Shown here: piece by piece, positions 20,087 through 28,982 of the stretch
Layout of the letters: each line of letters opens with the position of its first letter
How positions within the stretch are numbered: the first letter of the stretch is position 1
Virus record (IMG/VR): IMGVR_UViG_3300046694_000315
Location: 1-64,000 of that record
DNA length: 64,000 bases
Direction: 5' to 3' (one strand)
Source: a virus
The notes under the pieces: generated by a model
What the model was told of the DNA's origin: nothing
What the model saw: only the letters and a program-made list of their open reading frames with translations
Database searches by the model: none
Position numbers and translations under genes: made by a program

Positions 20087-20485
20087 TCAGGCTGGGACGT
20101 TGTCGACCGTGGAGGCCGTCGCCGGGGCCTTGTCACCCGCGCCGGGGGCCGTGGAGGCCGCAGCGTTGATGGTGCCCTCGTAGACGGAGGTACCGGCGAG
20201 ACGGTCGTCGGCCTCGGGGCCACCCGGGTGCTTGGCCGCCTCGTCGTCGCTCAGGACGATGAGACCGGCGTTCGCGGTCGCCGGGTCGATGCCAGCCGCG
20301 ACCTGGAGGGCCGGGACGGGCAACTGCTTGGCGACGAAGACCTGGCCGGGGACCGGGTCGGTGTTCTCGAACTTGACGCCGCTCTGGACGGTCCAGCCGA
20401 GGTTGGGGGCGTCCCAGTCGGACGAACGGCCGGGGACGGGAGCCGGGACGGTGACCTGCTCGGCAGCGCTCTTGGATGCAGCCAC
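20087..20485 (-). CDS. Hypothetical protein
   Basis: GAGGA RBS and a downstream hairpin. Confidence 0.6.
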   Translation of the reverse strand: MAASKSAAEQVTVPAPVPGRSSDWDAPNLGWTVQSGVKFENTDPVPGQVFVAKQLPVPALQVAAGIDPATANAGLIVLSDDEAAKHPGGPEADDRLAGTSVYEGTINAAASTAPGAGDKAPATASTVDNVPA

Positions 20486-20515
20486 TTTCTTCCTCTTTCG
20501 TACAGGGGTTAAGGG

Positions 20516-20647
20516 TTACCGGTTTTGCTGGACGGTCCAGCCCGGTTCCTTCACCGGACCCTCTTCGTCCTCTGTTTGATTATGAGGGCAATCGGGGCCG
20601 GAATAGACATGCTGACCCTCATGGAAGATGCAGCTTGATACATACAT
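20516..20647 (-). CDS. Small hypothetical protein, 43 aa (not in the ORF track)
   Basis: GGAG RBS; MYVSSCIFHEGQHVYSGPDCPHNQTEDEEGPVKEPGWTVQQNR. Confidence 0.45.
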   Translation of the reverse strand: MYVSSCIFHEGQHVYSGPDCPHNQTEDEEGPVKEPGWTVQQNR

Positions 20648-20657
20648 GGGTGTGCTC

Positions 20658-20846
20658 CTACAGGGAACTGCCTGCCTCGGTAAATGAGCCTACCGGCATT
20701 CCTCCGGGACTTTCCCATGGCTGGGCTCCGGCGAATTGGTCGGCGGAGAGAAGGGCGCTGCGGAAGGGTGAGCCGCCCACGGTGAAGGCGTAGCCTCCGG
20801 CGTAGGCGTCTCCGGTGGCGGGGATGGGCTCAGGTGTCTTGGGCAT
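20658..20846 (-). CDS. Hypothetical protein
   Basis: GAGG RBS, fits the operon. Confidence 0.5.
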   Translation of the reverse strand: MPKTPEPIPATGDAYAGGYAFTVGGSPFRSALLSADQFAGAQPWESPGGMPVGSFTEAGSSL

Positions 20847-21036
20847 CGGGATCCTCCCGGGCGGCGTCGAAGCCGGAGCGCAGGCGGGCCATCTTGCCCT
20901 TGTAGGTTCGCAGGCGGGACATGTGCTCGCAGGCCGACTCCACGATGGCGCCTACCTCTTCGAGGCAGCGGTCCACCAGGTCTTCGATGTCGGCGATGTC
21001 GTCGCGCGTCTCGCGTGTCTGGGGAAGCAGTGGCAT
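20830..21036 (-). CDS. Hypothetical coiled-coil protein
   Basis: GGAGGAG RBS and TGATG coupling. Confidence 0.55.
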   Translation of the reverse strand: MPLLPQTRETRDDIADIEDLVDRCLEEVGAIVESACEHMSRLRTYKGKMARLRSGFDAAREDPDAQDT

Positions 21037-21377
21037 CAGGGACTCCTCCTCCGGCGAGGCCGGGGCGCCGCGTCGCTCTGGAACAGGTCCAGGACGTCTT
21101 CGAGGACGTCCGTCACGGTTGCCTGTGCGGCGACACTGTCCCTGGTGGCCTGCACCAGGTCTCGGGCGGTGGTGACCATCTGCTCAGCAAGGGGGACGAC
21201 CTTCTCGGTCAGTGCCCGCAGGCGCCTGTTCTCTTCCACCTCACGGCGGTAGGCCTTACCGGAGACGACTACCTCGGTGACGAAAACCGCGAAGATGAAA
21301 GCCGCGATCGGTCCGAGCACGAGTGGGTTGTCGACGGACAGCCCTCCGCTATCGGCCGATGCCAGAAAAACAAACAT
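21036..21377 (-). CDS. Membrane protein (holin-like / lysis accessory)
   Basis: One N-terminal TM helix followed by a coiled coil. Confidence 0.5.
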   Translation of the reverse strand: MFVFLASADSGGLSVDNPLVLGPIAAFIFAVFVTEVVVSGKAYRREVEENRRLRALTEKVVPLAEQMVTTARDLVQATRDSVAAQATVTDVLEDVLDLFQSDAAPRPRRRRSP

Positions 21378-21444
21378 CCCGGGTACCGCCCGTCGCTGTA
21401 TTGTGCTTGCGACTTAATGGTACCCGGGATGTGCTATTCGGTTA

Positions 21445-21690
21445 TTAGTTGATATGAAGTCCGGCCTTCTTAAGCTGATTCTTGGCCTTGACCCAGCCTG
21501 GCGTGGCTCCGGTCAGCCCGCTGATGCAGACCGTGTTTCCGTCCGGGTCGACCCACTTGATGTGGTTCCCTCCAGTTACAGACACCTCCCATCCGTCCTT
21601 GCGGGCCTTCTTGGCCACCTTCTCGATCTCCTTGTCGGCTCCGAGTCGGTCAGAGCCGGTCTTGGCTACTGGCGCTCCCCTGCGGGCCAT
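21445..21690 (-). CDS. HicA-like protein
   Basis: 81 aa basic protein, K.ARKDGW.V..TGGNHIKW..PDG...NQLKKAG, carrying the His of the HicA fold. Confidence 0.6.
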   Translation of the reverse strand: MARRGAPVAKTGSDRLGADKEIEKVAKKARKDGWEVSVTGGNHIKWVDPDGNTVCISGLTGATPGWVKAKNQLKKAGLHIN

Positions 21691-21953
21691 CAGGTACTCC
21701 TCGGTGTTCAGTTAGGTTCTGCTCTTTTTGCTCGGTAGGTACAGAGTAGTGTGACGGATTATCAGTTAGCAAGCAGTTCCATGGAAGTGCTTGACGTGAC
21801 CTAGGCCACATGTGGGCAGGTAACCCTTGACTCACCTGCCGGTAACACTCGGTTATCCGGACGGATCGTCCCGAGAGTCTCCGGTTACCCGCAGGCACCC
21901 AGCACGAAGCCCCGACCGCCAGTGTGGCAGCCGGGGCTCGGTACAGCGAGGTA

Positions 21954-23093
21954 CTACCTGCCGACGGTCTTGCGGCGCCGCAGCGGGTCACCGCGCTGGG
22001 CATCGACGGGGACGATCTGCGTGGGCGCGTCCTCACCCTCCGGCAAGTCCTCCAACTTCGTCCAGTACGGCTCGACCCAGGTGGTCGTGGACTGCGTGCG
22101 CTGGCCGGACTTCCCGGGACCGATCCAGACGGTCTTGAAATGACCTGCGCGGTGCTGGGGACCGTACTCCACGCCGGAGGGGATGGAGATGCCGGAGCGG
22201 TTGGTCGAGGCGGCGCGCTGGCGGGCGGTGTGGAGCTGCGGGCCCACGTACCAGCCGACGCGGACCCAGAAGGGGTCGCGGCTGGGCCTGCGGTTCTTGC
22301 CGGTCTTCTTCTTGCGCTGCGCCATCGTCCACTCCGGAGGCTGCTCGATGTCCCGGTTGTCGGTGCACAGGTAGGTCAGGACGGCGAAGGCCTTCTGGAG
22401 GATGGGGCGGAAGGTCTTCACCGCCTCGCTGCGGTCCTTCCCGTCGGCGCTGCCTCCCTGCCACTCCTCGGCGAAGCGGATGGCCTCTTCGGCGGTGAAG
22501 GACTTCTTGTCCATCGGCAGCGGCATGAGGTCGCGGAACCCTCCGGCGACGATCTCCCCCGTGTCCTCGTCGACCACGTCGTAGCAGAAGAGGAGCGCCA
22601 TGCCGTCACGGTCGGGGTCGTTGGAGTTGCACAGCCCCTTGCCGGTGAAGCCGACGATGAAGAAGCAGCGCACGTAGCCCTCCGCCAGACCGCCCCGGCC
22701 CTTTCCGGCGGGCCACGGGTCGGGGAGGACGACCATCGGGTTGATGTGCGGCAGCTTGTTGAACAGGTCGCCGGGGACCTTGGTCATCTTCGAGCGGTAG
22801 AGGGCGTCGGCCAGCTCGTGATGGAGGTCGTAGACGACGCGGCCGTTGCGCTTCCACAGCTCGCAGGCGGCGATCTCGCCCATGAGGTCGCCGGTCCGCT
22901 CCAGCGTCGCCGCGTCGAACTGCTGGCGGTCGGACATGTCCCAGCCCGGGGCGATCCCCCGCATCATCGCGTCGATACGCCGCGAGATCTTCGGGACGCT
23001 GCGCAGCTCCATCGAAGCCTCGGTGAGCTTGTCCACGTGCGCCATGGCCGCCTTGTGCGCTTCGGCCGCGCGACGGGTCCTGTCCTGTGCCAT
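21954..23093 (-). CDS. Hypothetical protein with a C-terminal P-x-H-R-x-G-H...W-x-G-P-G...W-V-x-P-x-W motif
   Basis: GGAGG RBS and its own TTGACA-N17-TAGGTT promoter (23129-23157). Confidence 0.75.
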   Translation of the reverse strand: MAQDRTRRAAEAHKAAMAHVDKLTEASMELRSVPKISRRIDAMMRGIAPGWDMSDRQQFDAATLERTGDLMGEIAACELWKRNGRVVYDLHHELADALYRSKMTKVPGDLFNKLPHINPMVVLPDPWPAGKGRGGLAEGYVRCFFIVGFTGKGLCNSNDPDRDGMALLFCYDVVDEDTGEIVAGGFRDLMPLPMDKKSFTAEEAIRFAEEWQGGSADGKDRSEAVKTFRPILQKAFAVLTYLCTDNRDIEQPPEWTMAQRKKKTGKNRRPSRDPFWVRVGWYVGPQLHTARQRAASTNRSGISIPSGVEYGPQHRAGHFKTVWIGPGKSGQRTQSTTTWVEPYWTKLEDLPEGEDAPTQIVPVDAQRGDPLRRRKTVGR

Positions 23094-23300
23094 TGGTCCC
23101 TCCCTGACGTGCAAATCCTACGGGCAAGAACCTATGCCGACCGTTACCGCTTGTCAAGTTGTTTCATAGATTTACTTGACGAGATGTCCCGGGACGCACG
23201 AAACCCCGGCCACTGCCACGGGGGGAGCAGTATTGCCGGGGTTTCGCTTCACCCGCGCCAACCCTCGACCTGTCCAGGGTTGGCAGTTGGCGCGGGGGCT

Positions 23301-23543
23301 TCAGGGGTGTTGCTGCGGTGCGTCCACGTGCCGGGTGACGAGGTAGTAGTTCGTGGTCTGGAGCCGGAAGCCGAAGTGGTGAGTCCTCCCGGCGTGCCGC
23401 ATCGCCCAGTCTTGCGCTTCCGCGATGGGCAGGCACCCGGAGGCCTCGTTGCAGGAGGTGCAGAACATCTCCTCCATGTCGACCTCGGCCTGGGGATCCC
23501 GGCTGATCGAGTGGGTGACGTACCGCATCACCGCCCTCGTCAC
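23301..23543 (-). CDS. Small Zn-binding protein of the type found beside Streptomyces XRE-DUF397 loci
   Basis: CTSC..S...AQDWAMRH...THH..FR; GTGA overlap with the upstream gene. Confidence 0.6.
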   Translation of the reverse strand: MTRAVMRYVTHSISRDPQAEVDMEEMFCTSCNEASGCLPIAEAQDWAMRHAGRTHHFGFRLQTTNYYLVTRHVDAPQQHP

Positions 23544-23779
23544 GGGCCCACCGGACGATTCGCGATCTCGCCGTTGATCGCGGCCACGCGAGGGCTCAAC
23601 GTCTCGCTCACGGTCGGACGGCGGATCTGACTCTTCGATCGATCCCACTCCTTGCCGCCACCCTGCGGGTTGCGCAACGTCACGTACGTCAGACCGATCT
23701 CGACGACCTCGGCCACGCACTGCCGGATCGTGTCGTAGGCGAGGTCGTGCTCCTGCGGCTCGAACCACTGCTCACTCAT
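23540..23779 (-). CDS. Hypothetical protein
   Basis: GGAGG RBS; LRNPQGGGKEW. Confidence 0.6.
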   Translation of the reverse strand: MSEQWFEPQEHDLAYDTIRQCVAEVVEIGLTYVTLRNPQGGGKEWDRSKSQIRRPTVSETLSPRVAAINGEIANRPVGP

Positions 23780-24035
23780 CGGTCTCCTCCGCGATCTTCG
23801 CGCGCAGCGCTACGAGTTCGTCCAGGGCGTCGGCCAGCTTCTCGACGACGTCCGGACGCATGCGCCCCATCTCGACCAGTGGGCAGTCGATGGAGAAGTG
23901 CTCCCTGTCCAGCGACGGGAAGGTGACGCCGATCGCTCCGGAAGCCTTCTTGAGGTGCTCCACGGCGTTTGTGGCATCCGACGTCTTCCAGAACTTCGGA
24001 GGCGAACTCTTCTTGTTGGTTCCGGTATTTGACAT
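23772..24035 (-). CDS. Hypothetical protein
   Basis: GAGG RBS; first gene divergent from the XRE regulator. Confidence 0.6.
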   Translation of the reverse strand: MSNTGTNKKSSPPKFWKTSDATNAVEHLKKASGAIGVTFPSLDREHFSIDCPLVEMGRMRPDVVEKLADALDELVALRAKIAEETDE

Positions 24036-24269
24036 CCGTCCGCCTCTCCTTCGTCTGACGTACCTTCACCCGTCCGCCCGAACAGGCGTTCCACGACGTG
24101 CAGTTGCAGAACGCAGTGACGGCACCACCACGCTCTGCAAGTAGCATCCTCCCGATCGCGCCGTCATGCAAGTGCATGAACTGAGCACATGCACGAAAGA
24201 ATGATGGGTGTCCCGTGCTAAGAGGGGGTGGCAGACTGTGCGGTGGTACCCGCAACCAGGGAGGTCACG

Positions 24270-25127
24270 TTGGCAGCCAGTCCGACCGTGCTGAGGCGCA
24301 GGCTCGGCCAGGAGCTGCGCAACTTGCGTGAGGCGAAGAAACTCACAGCCGCGCAGGTGGCCAAGTCGCTCACGTGGTCCGAGTCCAAGGTGAGCCGGAT
24401 CGAGGGTGGCAAGTCACCGCTGTCCGACAAGGATGCCAAACTCCTGCTCAATGAGTACGGAGTTCAGGATCCCCAGGAGATCCGGCAGTTCGTCGACCTG
24501 GTCCGCCGCAGCCGTCAGAACGGCTGGTGGCACTCCTACGGCGACGCCCTCCCGGAGTGGTTCAAGCCCTACCTCGGGTTCGAGGCCGACGCCGCACAGA
24601 TGCTCATCTACGAGACCGAGCTGGTTCACGGGCTGCTCCAGACGGAGCGCTACGCCCAGGCAGTGATCCGCTCCATGTCTCAGGCCCCGTCGGCCGATGA
24701 AATCGACCGCCGTGCAAGTGCACGGCTCCAGCGGCAGGAAATCCTCACCCGGGATGTTCCCCCGAAAGTGTGGGTGGTCCTCAACGAGGCAGTGATACAC
24801 CGGGTGATCGCCTCCCGCGACGTGATGCGCGAGCAGTTGCACCACCTCGCTGACGTGGTGGAATCGAACCCAAGTGTCACTGTCCAGATTCTGCCTTTTG
24901 AGGCCGGGGCACACGCGAGTATGGGCTACTCGTTCTCGATCCTGTCGTTCGACGACGTCCCAGGATCGCTGGTCTACTCCGAGCAGTTGACGAGCGCGGT
25001 GTACATGGACAAGACCACAGATGTAAGTCGCCACGAGGAGATCTTTCAGCAGCTCGTGGCGGCTTCAACGCGACCGGATAGCTCCGTCGCTTGGTTGAAG
25101 GAAACAGCAGAGAGGTTCGGAAAATGA
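24270..25127 (+). CDS. XRE-family HTH / DUF5753 regulator (WhiJ/Scr1-like)
   Basis: RRRLG.ELR.LRE...SKVSRIE.G HTH, then GWW..Y, E..A, GLLQT..YA, R..RQ, L.EAV and Q.LPF..G.H. Confidence 0.92.
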   Translation: MAASPTVLRRRLGQELRNLREAKKLTAAQVAKSLTWSESKVSRIEGGKSPLSDKDAKLLLNEYGVQDPQEIRQFVDLVRRSRQNGWWHSYGDALPEWFKPYLGFEADAAQMLIYETELVHGLLQTERYAQAVIRSMSQAPSADEIDRRASARLQRQEILTRDVPPKVWVVLNEAVIHRVIASRDVMREQLHHLADVVESNPSVTVQILPFEAGAHASMGYSFSILSFDDVPGSLVYSEQLTSAVYMDKTTDVSRHEEIFQQLVAASTRPDSSVAWLKETAERFGK

Positions 25128-25327
25128 ACGAGACGAGCGGCGAGCTGCACTGGTTCACGTCCAGCTACAGCAACGGCGAGGGGAGCTGCGTCGAGTTCGC
25201 CGTTACCCCTGGAGGAGCTGGCGCGGTACGTGACACCAAGGACCGCGAGGTCGGCACGCACGTCTTCACCCCGGCCGGGTGGACGACGTTCCTTGAGGCC
25301 GTGAAGTCCGGCGCGTTCAGCGCCTGA
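25124..25327 (+). CDS. DUF397 protein (BldB/Scr2-like)
   Basis: WFTSSYS....CVE.A....VRDTK......F....W..FL; ATGA overlap with the XRE gene. Confidence 0.92.
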   Translation: MNETSGELHWFTSSYSNGEGSCVEFAVTPGGAGAVRDTKDREVGTHVFTPAGWTTFLEAVKSGAFSA

Positions 25328-25473
25328 CAAGCCAGAAGCCCCCGGCTCCGTTGGGAGTCGGGGGCTTCGTCGTACCTACAGCCAGGTGAAGGGCGAGGCG
25401 AGGGCTTCGAGCGCCGCGAGGAGGAGGCGGATCAGTCCCTCGAAGAAGGCTCCAGCAGCCCGTCGCAGGCGCT

Positions 25474-25989
25474 TCACAGCCACTCTCCGGTGAGGGCTCC
25501 GTGGACGTCGGCCTCACGGTAGGTGGCGGGCTTGAGGACCTTGCCGTCCTCGCGCCGGATGACCTTGCCGTCGACCACCTTGCTCATGTTCGAGCGATGC
25601 ACTTCGGCGAAGACGGCCTCCAGGGGGATCTCCAGGAGGTCGGCGGTGCCGTAGACGACGTACAGCACGTCGGCGAGTTCCTTGGCCAGGGCCTCGTACC
25701 AGCGCGGTCCCTCGGGTGCCGACTCTCCCCGGCCGGGCAGGAAGTGGCTCGTGGGCGACGACTCGATGAAGTCGTCCATGATCTGGGCCTTGCGGTAGTT
25801 CAGCAGGGCCTCCAGGGCCTCCTGGACCTCCTCGGCGATGAGGGTGGACCGCAGGGCGATCAGGTCGTCTCGTCCGGCCTCGTCGCGCTCGATGAAGGGC
25901 TTCTCCCCCACGGCGCGGTGCCACTGTCCCAGCGCCCGCATGGGGCGGTGGGTGGAGGTATGAAGCAGGGTCTTCGGGATGCTGCTCAA
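25474..25989 (-). CDS. MazG-like / PRA-PH-family NTP pyrophosphohydrolase
   Basis: LIAEEVQE, KELADVLYV.YG, EVHRSNMSK and REDGKVLKP. TTG start after GGAG. Confidence 0.88.
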   Translation of the reverse strand: MSSIPKTLLHTSTHRPMRALGQWHRAVGEKPFIERDEAGRDDLIALRSTLIAEEVQEALEALLNYRKAQIMDDFIESSPTSHFLPGRGESAPEGPRWYEALAKELADVLYVVYGTADLLEIPLEAVFAEVHRSNMSKVVDGKVIRREDGKVLKPATYREADVHGALTGEWL

Positions 25990-25997
25990 GGGGTCTC

Positions 25998-26492
25998 CTA
26001 GAAGGTTTCGGCGATGTCGCCGGGGTCGACGGCCAGCGGGAGGCGTCCGTCCTCGAAGAGGTGGATCCCGTTGCGGCTGTAGGCCAGGTCGCACAGTTGC
26101 GCGCACTGGAGCCGGTCCGTTCGGGAGATGCGTTCGGCTACCCAGTCGCTCCAGAAGCCGAAGAAGCGGAGCCCGAGCGCGATGTCGTCGAGCCAGTTGT
26201 AGCCGATGCCCCTGCCGTTGTTGGCCTGGGCGAAGCCGAGGGCGGTCTCCCAGATGGCGAGGCGGGTCTCGTCGGGGATGATGACGTCGGAGTTGTACTT
26301 CGCGTTCGGGTACATCGAGATGTGGCCGAGGCGGGCGCCGCCCGGCTGTGCCTCGACGAGGAGACCGGCCGGGCCGACGATGAAGGCGTGGTTGTACCGA
26401 GAGAAGGTCAGCAGCCGGATGCCCCAGCCGAGGATGCCACCGGTCGCGGTGACGCCGATGGTGCCGATGGGCGGCGGGGTTCCCTTAGCCAT
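25998..26492 (-). CDS. Permuted papain-like (YiiX/YaeF-type) amidase
   Basis: His (YNHA) precedes Cys (LQCAQL..LAY); also VEA.PGG and Y.W. Confidence 0.7.
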   Translation of the reverse strand: MAKGTPPPIGTIGVTATGGILGWGIRLLTFSRYNHAFIVGPAGLLVEAQPGGARLGHISMYPNAKYNSDVIIPDETRLAIWETALGFAQANNGRGIGYNWLDDIALGLRFFGFWSDWVAERISRTDRLQCAQLCDLAYSRNGIHLFEDGRLPLAVDPGDIAETF

Positions 26493-26724
26493 TCTGGCCG
26501 TCCTCCTGGTCCGTGGGCTTGCTGCGGCGTCCCAGGTAGTCCCAGGAGAAGTAGGGGCCGTAGCCGTAGGGGCTGAGGCCCTTGGGGAGCGGTACGGGGC
26601 CGTAGGGGTATCCCTCGTCGTCCCGCTCGACCACGGTGGTGATGGTCTTGGAGAACTCGCTCCAGTTGCCGTCCGCGTCCTTCTCGCTGTGGACCACGGT
26701 CGTGGTTGTCGTCTTACGCGACAC
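26485..26724 (-). CDS. Hypothetical protein
   Basis: GGAGG RBS, overlapping operon. Confidence 0.55.
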   Translation of the reverse strand: MSRKTTTTTVVHSEKDADGNWSEFSKTITTVVERDDEGYPYGPVPLPKGLSPYGYGPYFSWDYLGRRSKPTDQEDGQNG

Positions 26725-26908
26725 TGTCTTCCTCCAGGGTGTATTTGCCGTAGAAGTCGATGTGCAGGCTGTCGTTGTTCTGGGCGCGCTCCAGCCAGCG
26801 GTCGGCGAAGACCTGGCGGGCGTAGAAGAAGGTCTTGGCGGTCCAGGTGCCGTCCTTGTGGATCAGCACCCGGACCTTCCACAGGTGGTTGTCCCTAGGC
26901 GTTCGCAC
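26714..26908 (-). CDS. Hypothetical protein
   Basis: GGAGG RBS, overlapping operon. Confidence 0.55.
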   Translation of the reverse strand: MRTPRDNHLWKVRVLIHKDGTWTAKTFFYARQVFADRWLERAQNNDSLHIDFYGKYTLEEDSVA

Positions 26909-27212
26909 CGGCAGCCCCTCCGGGCAAGATATGAAGCGCGCCGGGCTGGTCGAGGTCCATGAAGGGGTCGGCCAACTGGACGGCGACCTGGGTGAAGGCG
27001 TTGCCGATGATCTCCTGGATGCCTCCGAGGCCCTCCAACTTGTCGGCGAGTTCGAGGAGGGTGCCGACGACGTCCTTGATCGCGACGAAGTACTCGCCGT
27101 CGTCGTCCTGGATGTAGCGGTAGGACGCCTCGTGCTCGGACGCGGTCTCGGTGAGGACGCTCAAGGGGTTCTCCAAGGTCTTGGTGGTGTCAGAGCCAGA
27201 CGCGGTACTCAC
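26895..27212 (-). CDS. Hypothetical protein
   Basis: Acidic protein with good codon bias. Confidence 0.55.
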   Translation of the reverse strand: MSTASGSDTTKTLENPLSVLTETASEHEASYRYIQDDDGEYFVAIKDVVGTLLELADKLEGLGGIQEIIGNAFTQVAVQLADPFMDLDQPGALHILPGGAAGANA

Positions 27213-28425
27213 TGGTGACTCGTCCCTTCTCGGGGTTGATGAAGTGCAGGCGCTGGGAGGGGTCTCCCGTGGCCGCGACGAACTCGTGGGCGTAGATGTT
27301 GTCGCTCTCGGGGCTGCCGGTCATGAAGACGGAGCCGCCGTTGGCCAACTGGAGTTGCATCGACTGGTGGTAGTGGCCGATGTAGAGGTCGCGGAAGGCC
27401 GGGAGGACGCCGGAGGCCCACTGGTTGGCCTTGCGGAGGATGCCGTAGGCGGGGATGTTGCCGCCGAAGGACTTGATCTCGTCGCCGTGGATGGCCATGG
27501 CCTTGTAGTTGCCGATGGTGAAGTTCTGGTACCAGCCGCCGTCCGTCTGGAAGCGGGTCAGCCGGTCCTCGTCGGCGAGGCGCTGGCGCACGATGTTGTA
27601 GACCATGCGGTCGACGTTGTCGGAGGCCTTGATGCCGTCGCCCTTGCGGCCGAGACGTCCGTGGTTGCCGTACTCGGCGACGACCTCGACCGTCTCGTAG
27701 GTATGAAGCGCCTGCTTGATCGTCCAGATCATCAGGTCGGCGACGTCGAACATCTGCTCGTAGAGGGTGCCGTCGAGTTCCCACACCTGCCCGGGGAAGA
27801 TCGAGACGCCTTCGACCATGTCTCCGGTGAACAGCAGGACGCCGTGCTTGACCGGGTGGTCGGCGCGCTGGATGTCGGTGATCTCGTTGGCCTTCTCGAC
27901 GTAGCGCATGATGCGGGTCCGCATGATGGTGCGGTCGTACGTCTCGGTCTTCTTGCCGCCCTGCCAGTCCGTGAGGTGCCACAGGGCGACCTCGGACGGC
28001 TTGGTACGGCGGTCACGCGCTGGAGGCTCGACGGGGGTCACTCCGACGTACTGCGCGGCGTCGCTGGCGGCACGGTAGACGGCCTCGATGTACTCGTCGC
28101 CGCGCGCCTTCGCCTTCTTGAACTGCTGGAACAGTCGGCGGTTGTCAGCCTCCAGGGCCTGTATCCGCTCGATCTGCTCCTCGTTCTCGGCCACTGCCTC
28201 GGCCGTGCCCTCCTCGGGCAGGGTATGAAGCCCCTTCTCCTTGCCCGGCTCGACCAGGATGTTGCGCTTGTAGCCGTTGGCCTTGCGCCAGCGCCGGACG
28301 GCGGTCTCGGAGGTCTCCACACCGTTGAAGTTGAGGTCGTCGGAGGCGGCCTGGTGGCCGACGTTGGGGTCCATCAGGATCTCGCGGACCCAGTCGACCT
28401 CGATGTACTCAGCGAGCGTGCTCAA
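27190..28425 (-). CDS. Calcineurin-like metallophosphoesterase with N-terminal HTH / coiled coil
   Basis: Motifs DWQ (a DxH variant), GDMVE, GNHG, HGD and GHYH. Confidence 0.85.
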   Translation of the reverse strand: MSTLAEYIEVDWVREILMDPNVGHQAASDDLNFNGVETSETAVRRWRKANGYKRNILVEPGKEKGLHTLPEEGTAEAVAENEEQIERIQALEADNRRLFQQFKKAKARGDEYIEAVYRAASDAAQYVGVTPVEPPARDRRTKPSEVALWHLTDWQGGKKTETYDRTIMRTRIMRYVEKANEITDIQRADHPVKHGVLLFTGDMVEGVSIFPGQVWELDGTLYEQMFDVADLMIWTIKQALHTYETVEVVAEYGNHGRLGRKGDGIKASDNVDRMVYNIVRQRLADEDRLTRFQTDGGWYQNFTIGNYKAMAIHGDEIKSFGGNIPAYGILRKANQWASGVLPAFRDLYIGHYHQSMQLQLANGGSVFMTGSPESDNIYAHEFVAATGDPSQRLHFINPEKGRVTSEYRVWL

Positions 28426-28682
28426 GGGGTGTTCCTCTCGGAGGAGATGGTGGCCGCCGGACCGTTCCCGGCCCGACTCCGAGTACGGTATCAGGGTTAT
28501 CGCTTCCTAGCAATACTTCACTTCGGAAGTGAGAAGACTTCACCACAGGAGTCAGGCGCCTCCGTCGCTGACGTCCTACCAGGTCAACCGGCATGGACAC
28601 CTAGACTGGAACCCTTCCAAAGCGATAACAAAGAAGACCCCGGCCACTGTTCGTGAGCCGGGGCTGAAGCCTGGGGTGGGTC

Positions 28683-28982
28683 ATGTTCTGGTTCTGTGAG
28701 ACGTGCAACGACTGGGGTGTTGCGGACACCGAGGTCGACGTCGTGGTGGACCGCCAGCGGCACATGGGCGCTCACGTCGAGCGGGCCCTGGAGATGACAG
28801 AGCCCCAGGAAGAGTCCGTGGCTGAGGTTGAGGACACTGTCCTCCGCGCCAAATACCTGGCGTGGGGTAGCACGGCTCTGCTGGGGCTACTGTCTGCTCG
28901 TTGGCACGCGCTGGCGGGGGTAGTGCCGTTCGCGGCCTTGCTCGTCTGGGTGGTGACCCAGTCGGGCAATGAGGGTGAATGA
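28683..28982 (+). CDS. Hypothetical membrane protein
   Basis: CxxC plus two C-terminal hydrophobic segments. Converges on the tRNA cluster. Confidence 0.5.
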   Translation: MFWFCETCNDWGVADTEVDVVVDRQRHMGAHVERALEMTEPQEESVAEVEDTVLRAKYLAWGSTALLGLLSARWHALAGVVPFAALLVWVVTQSGNEGE

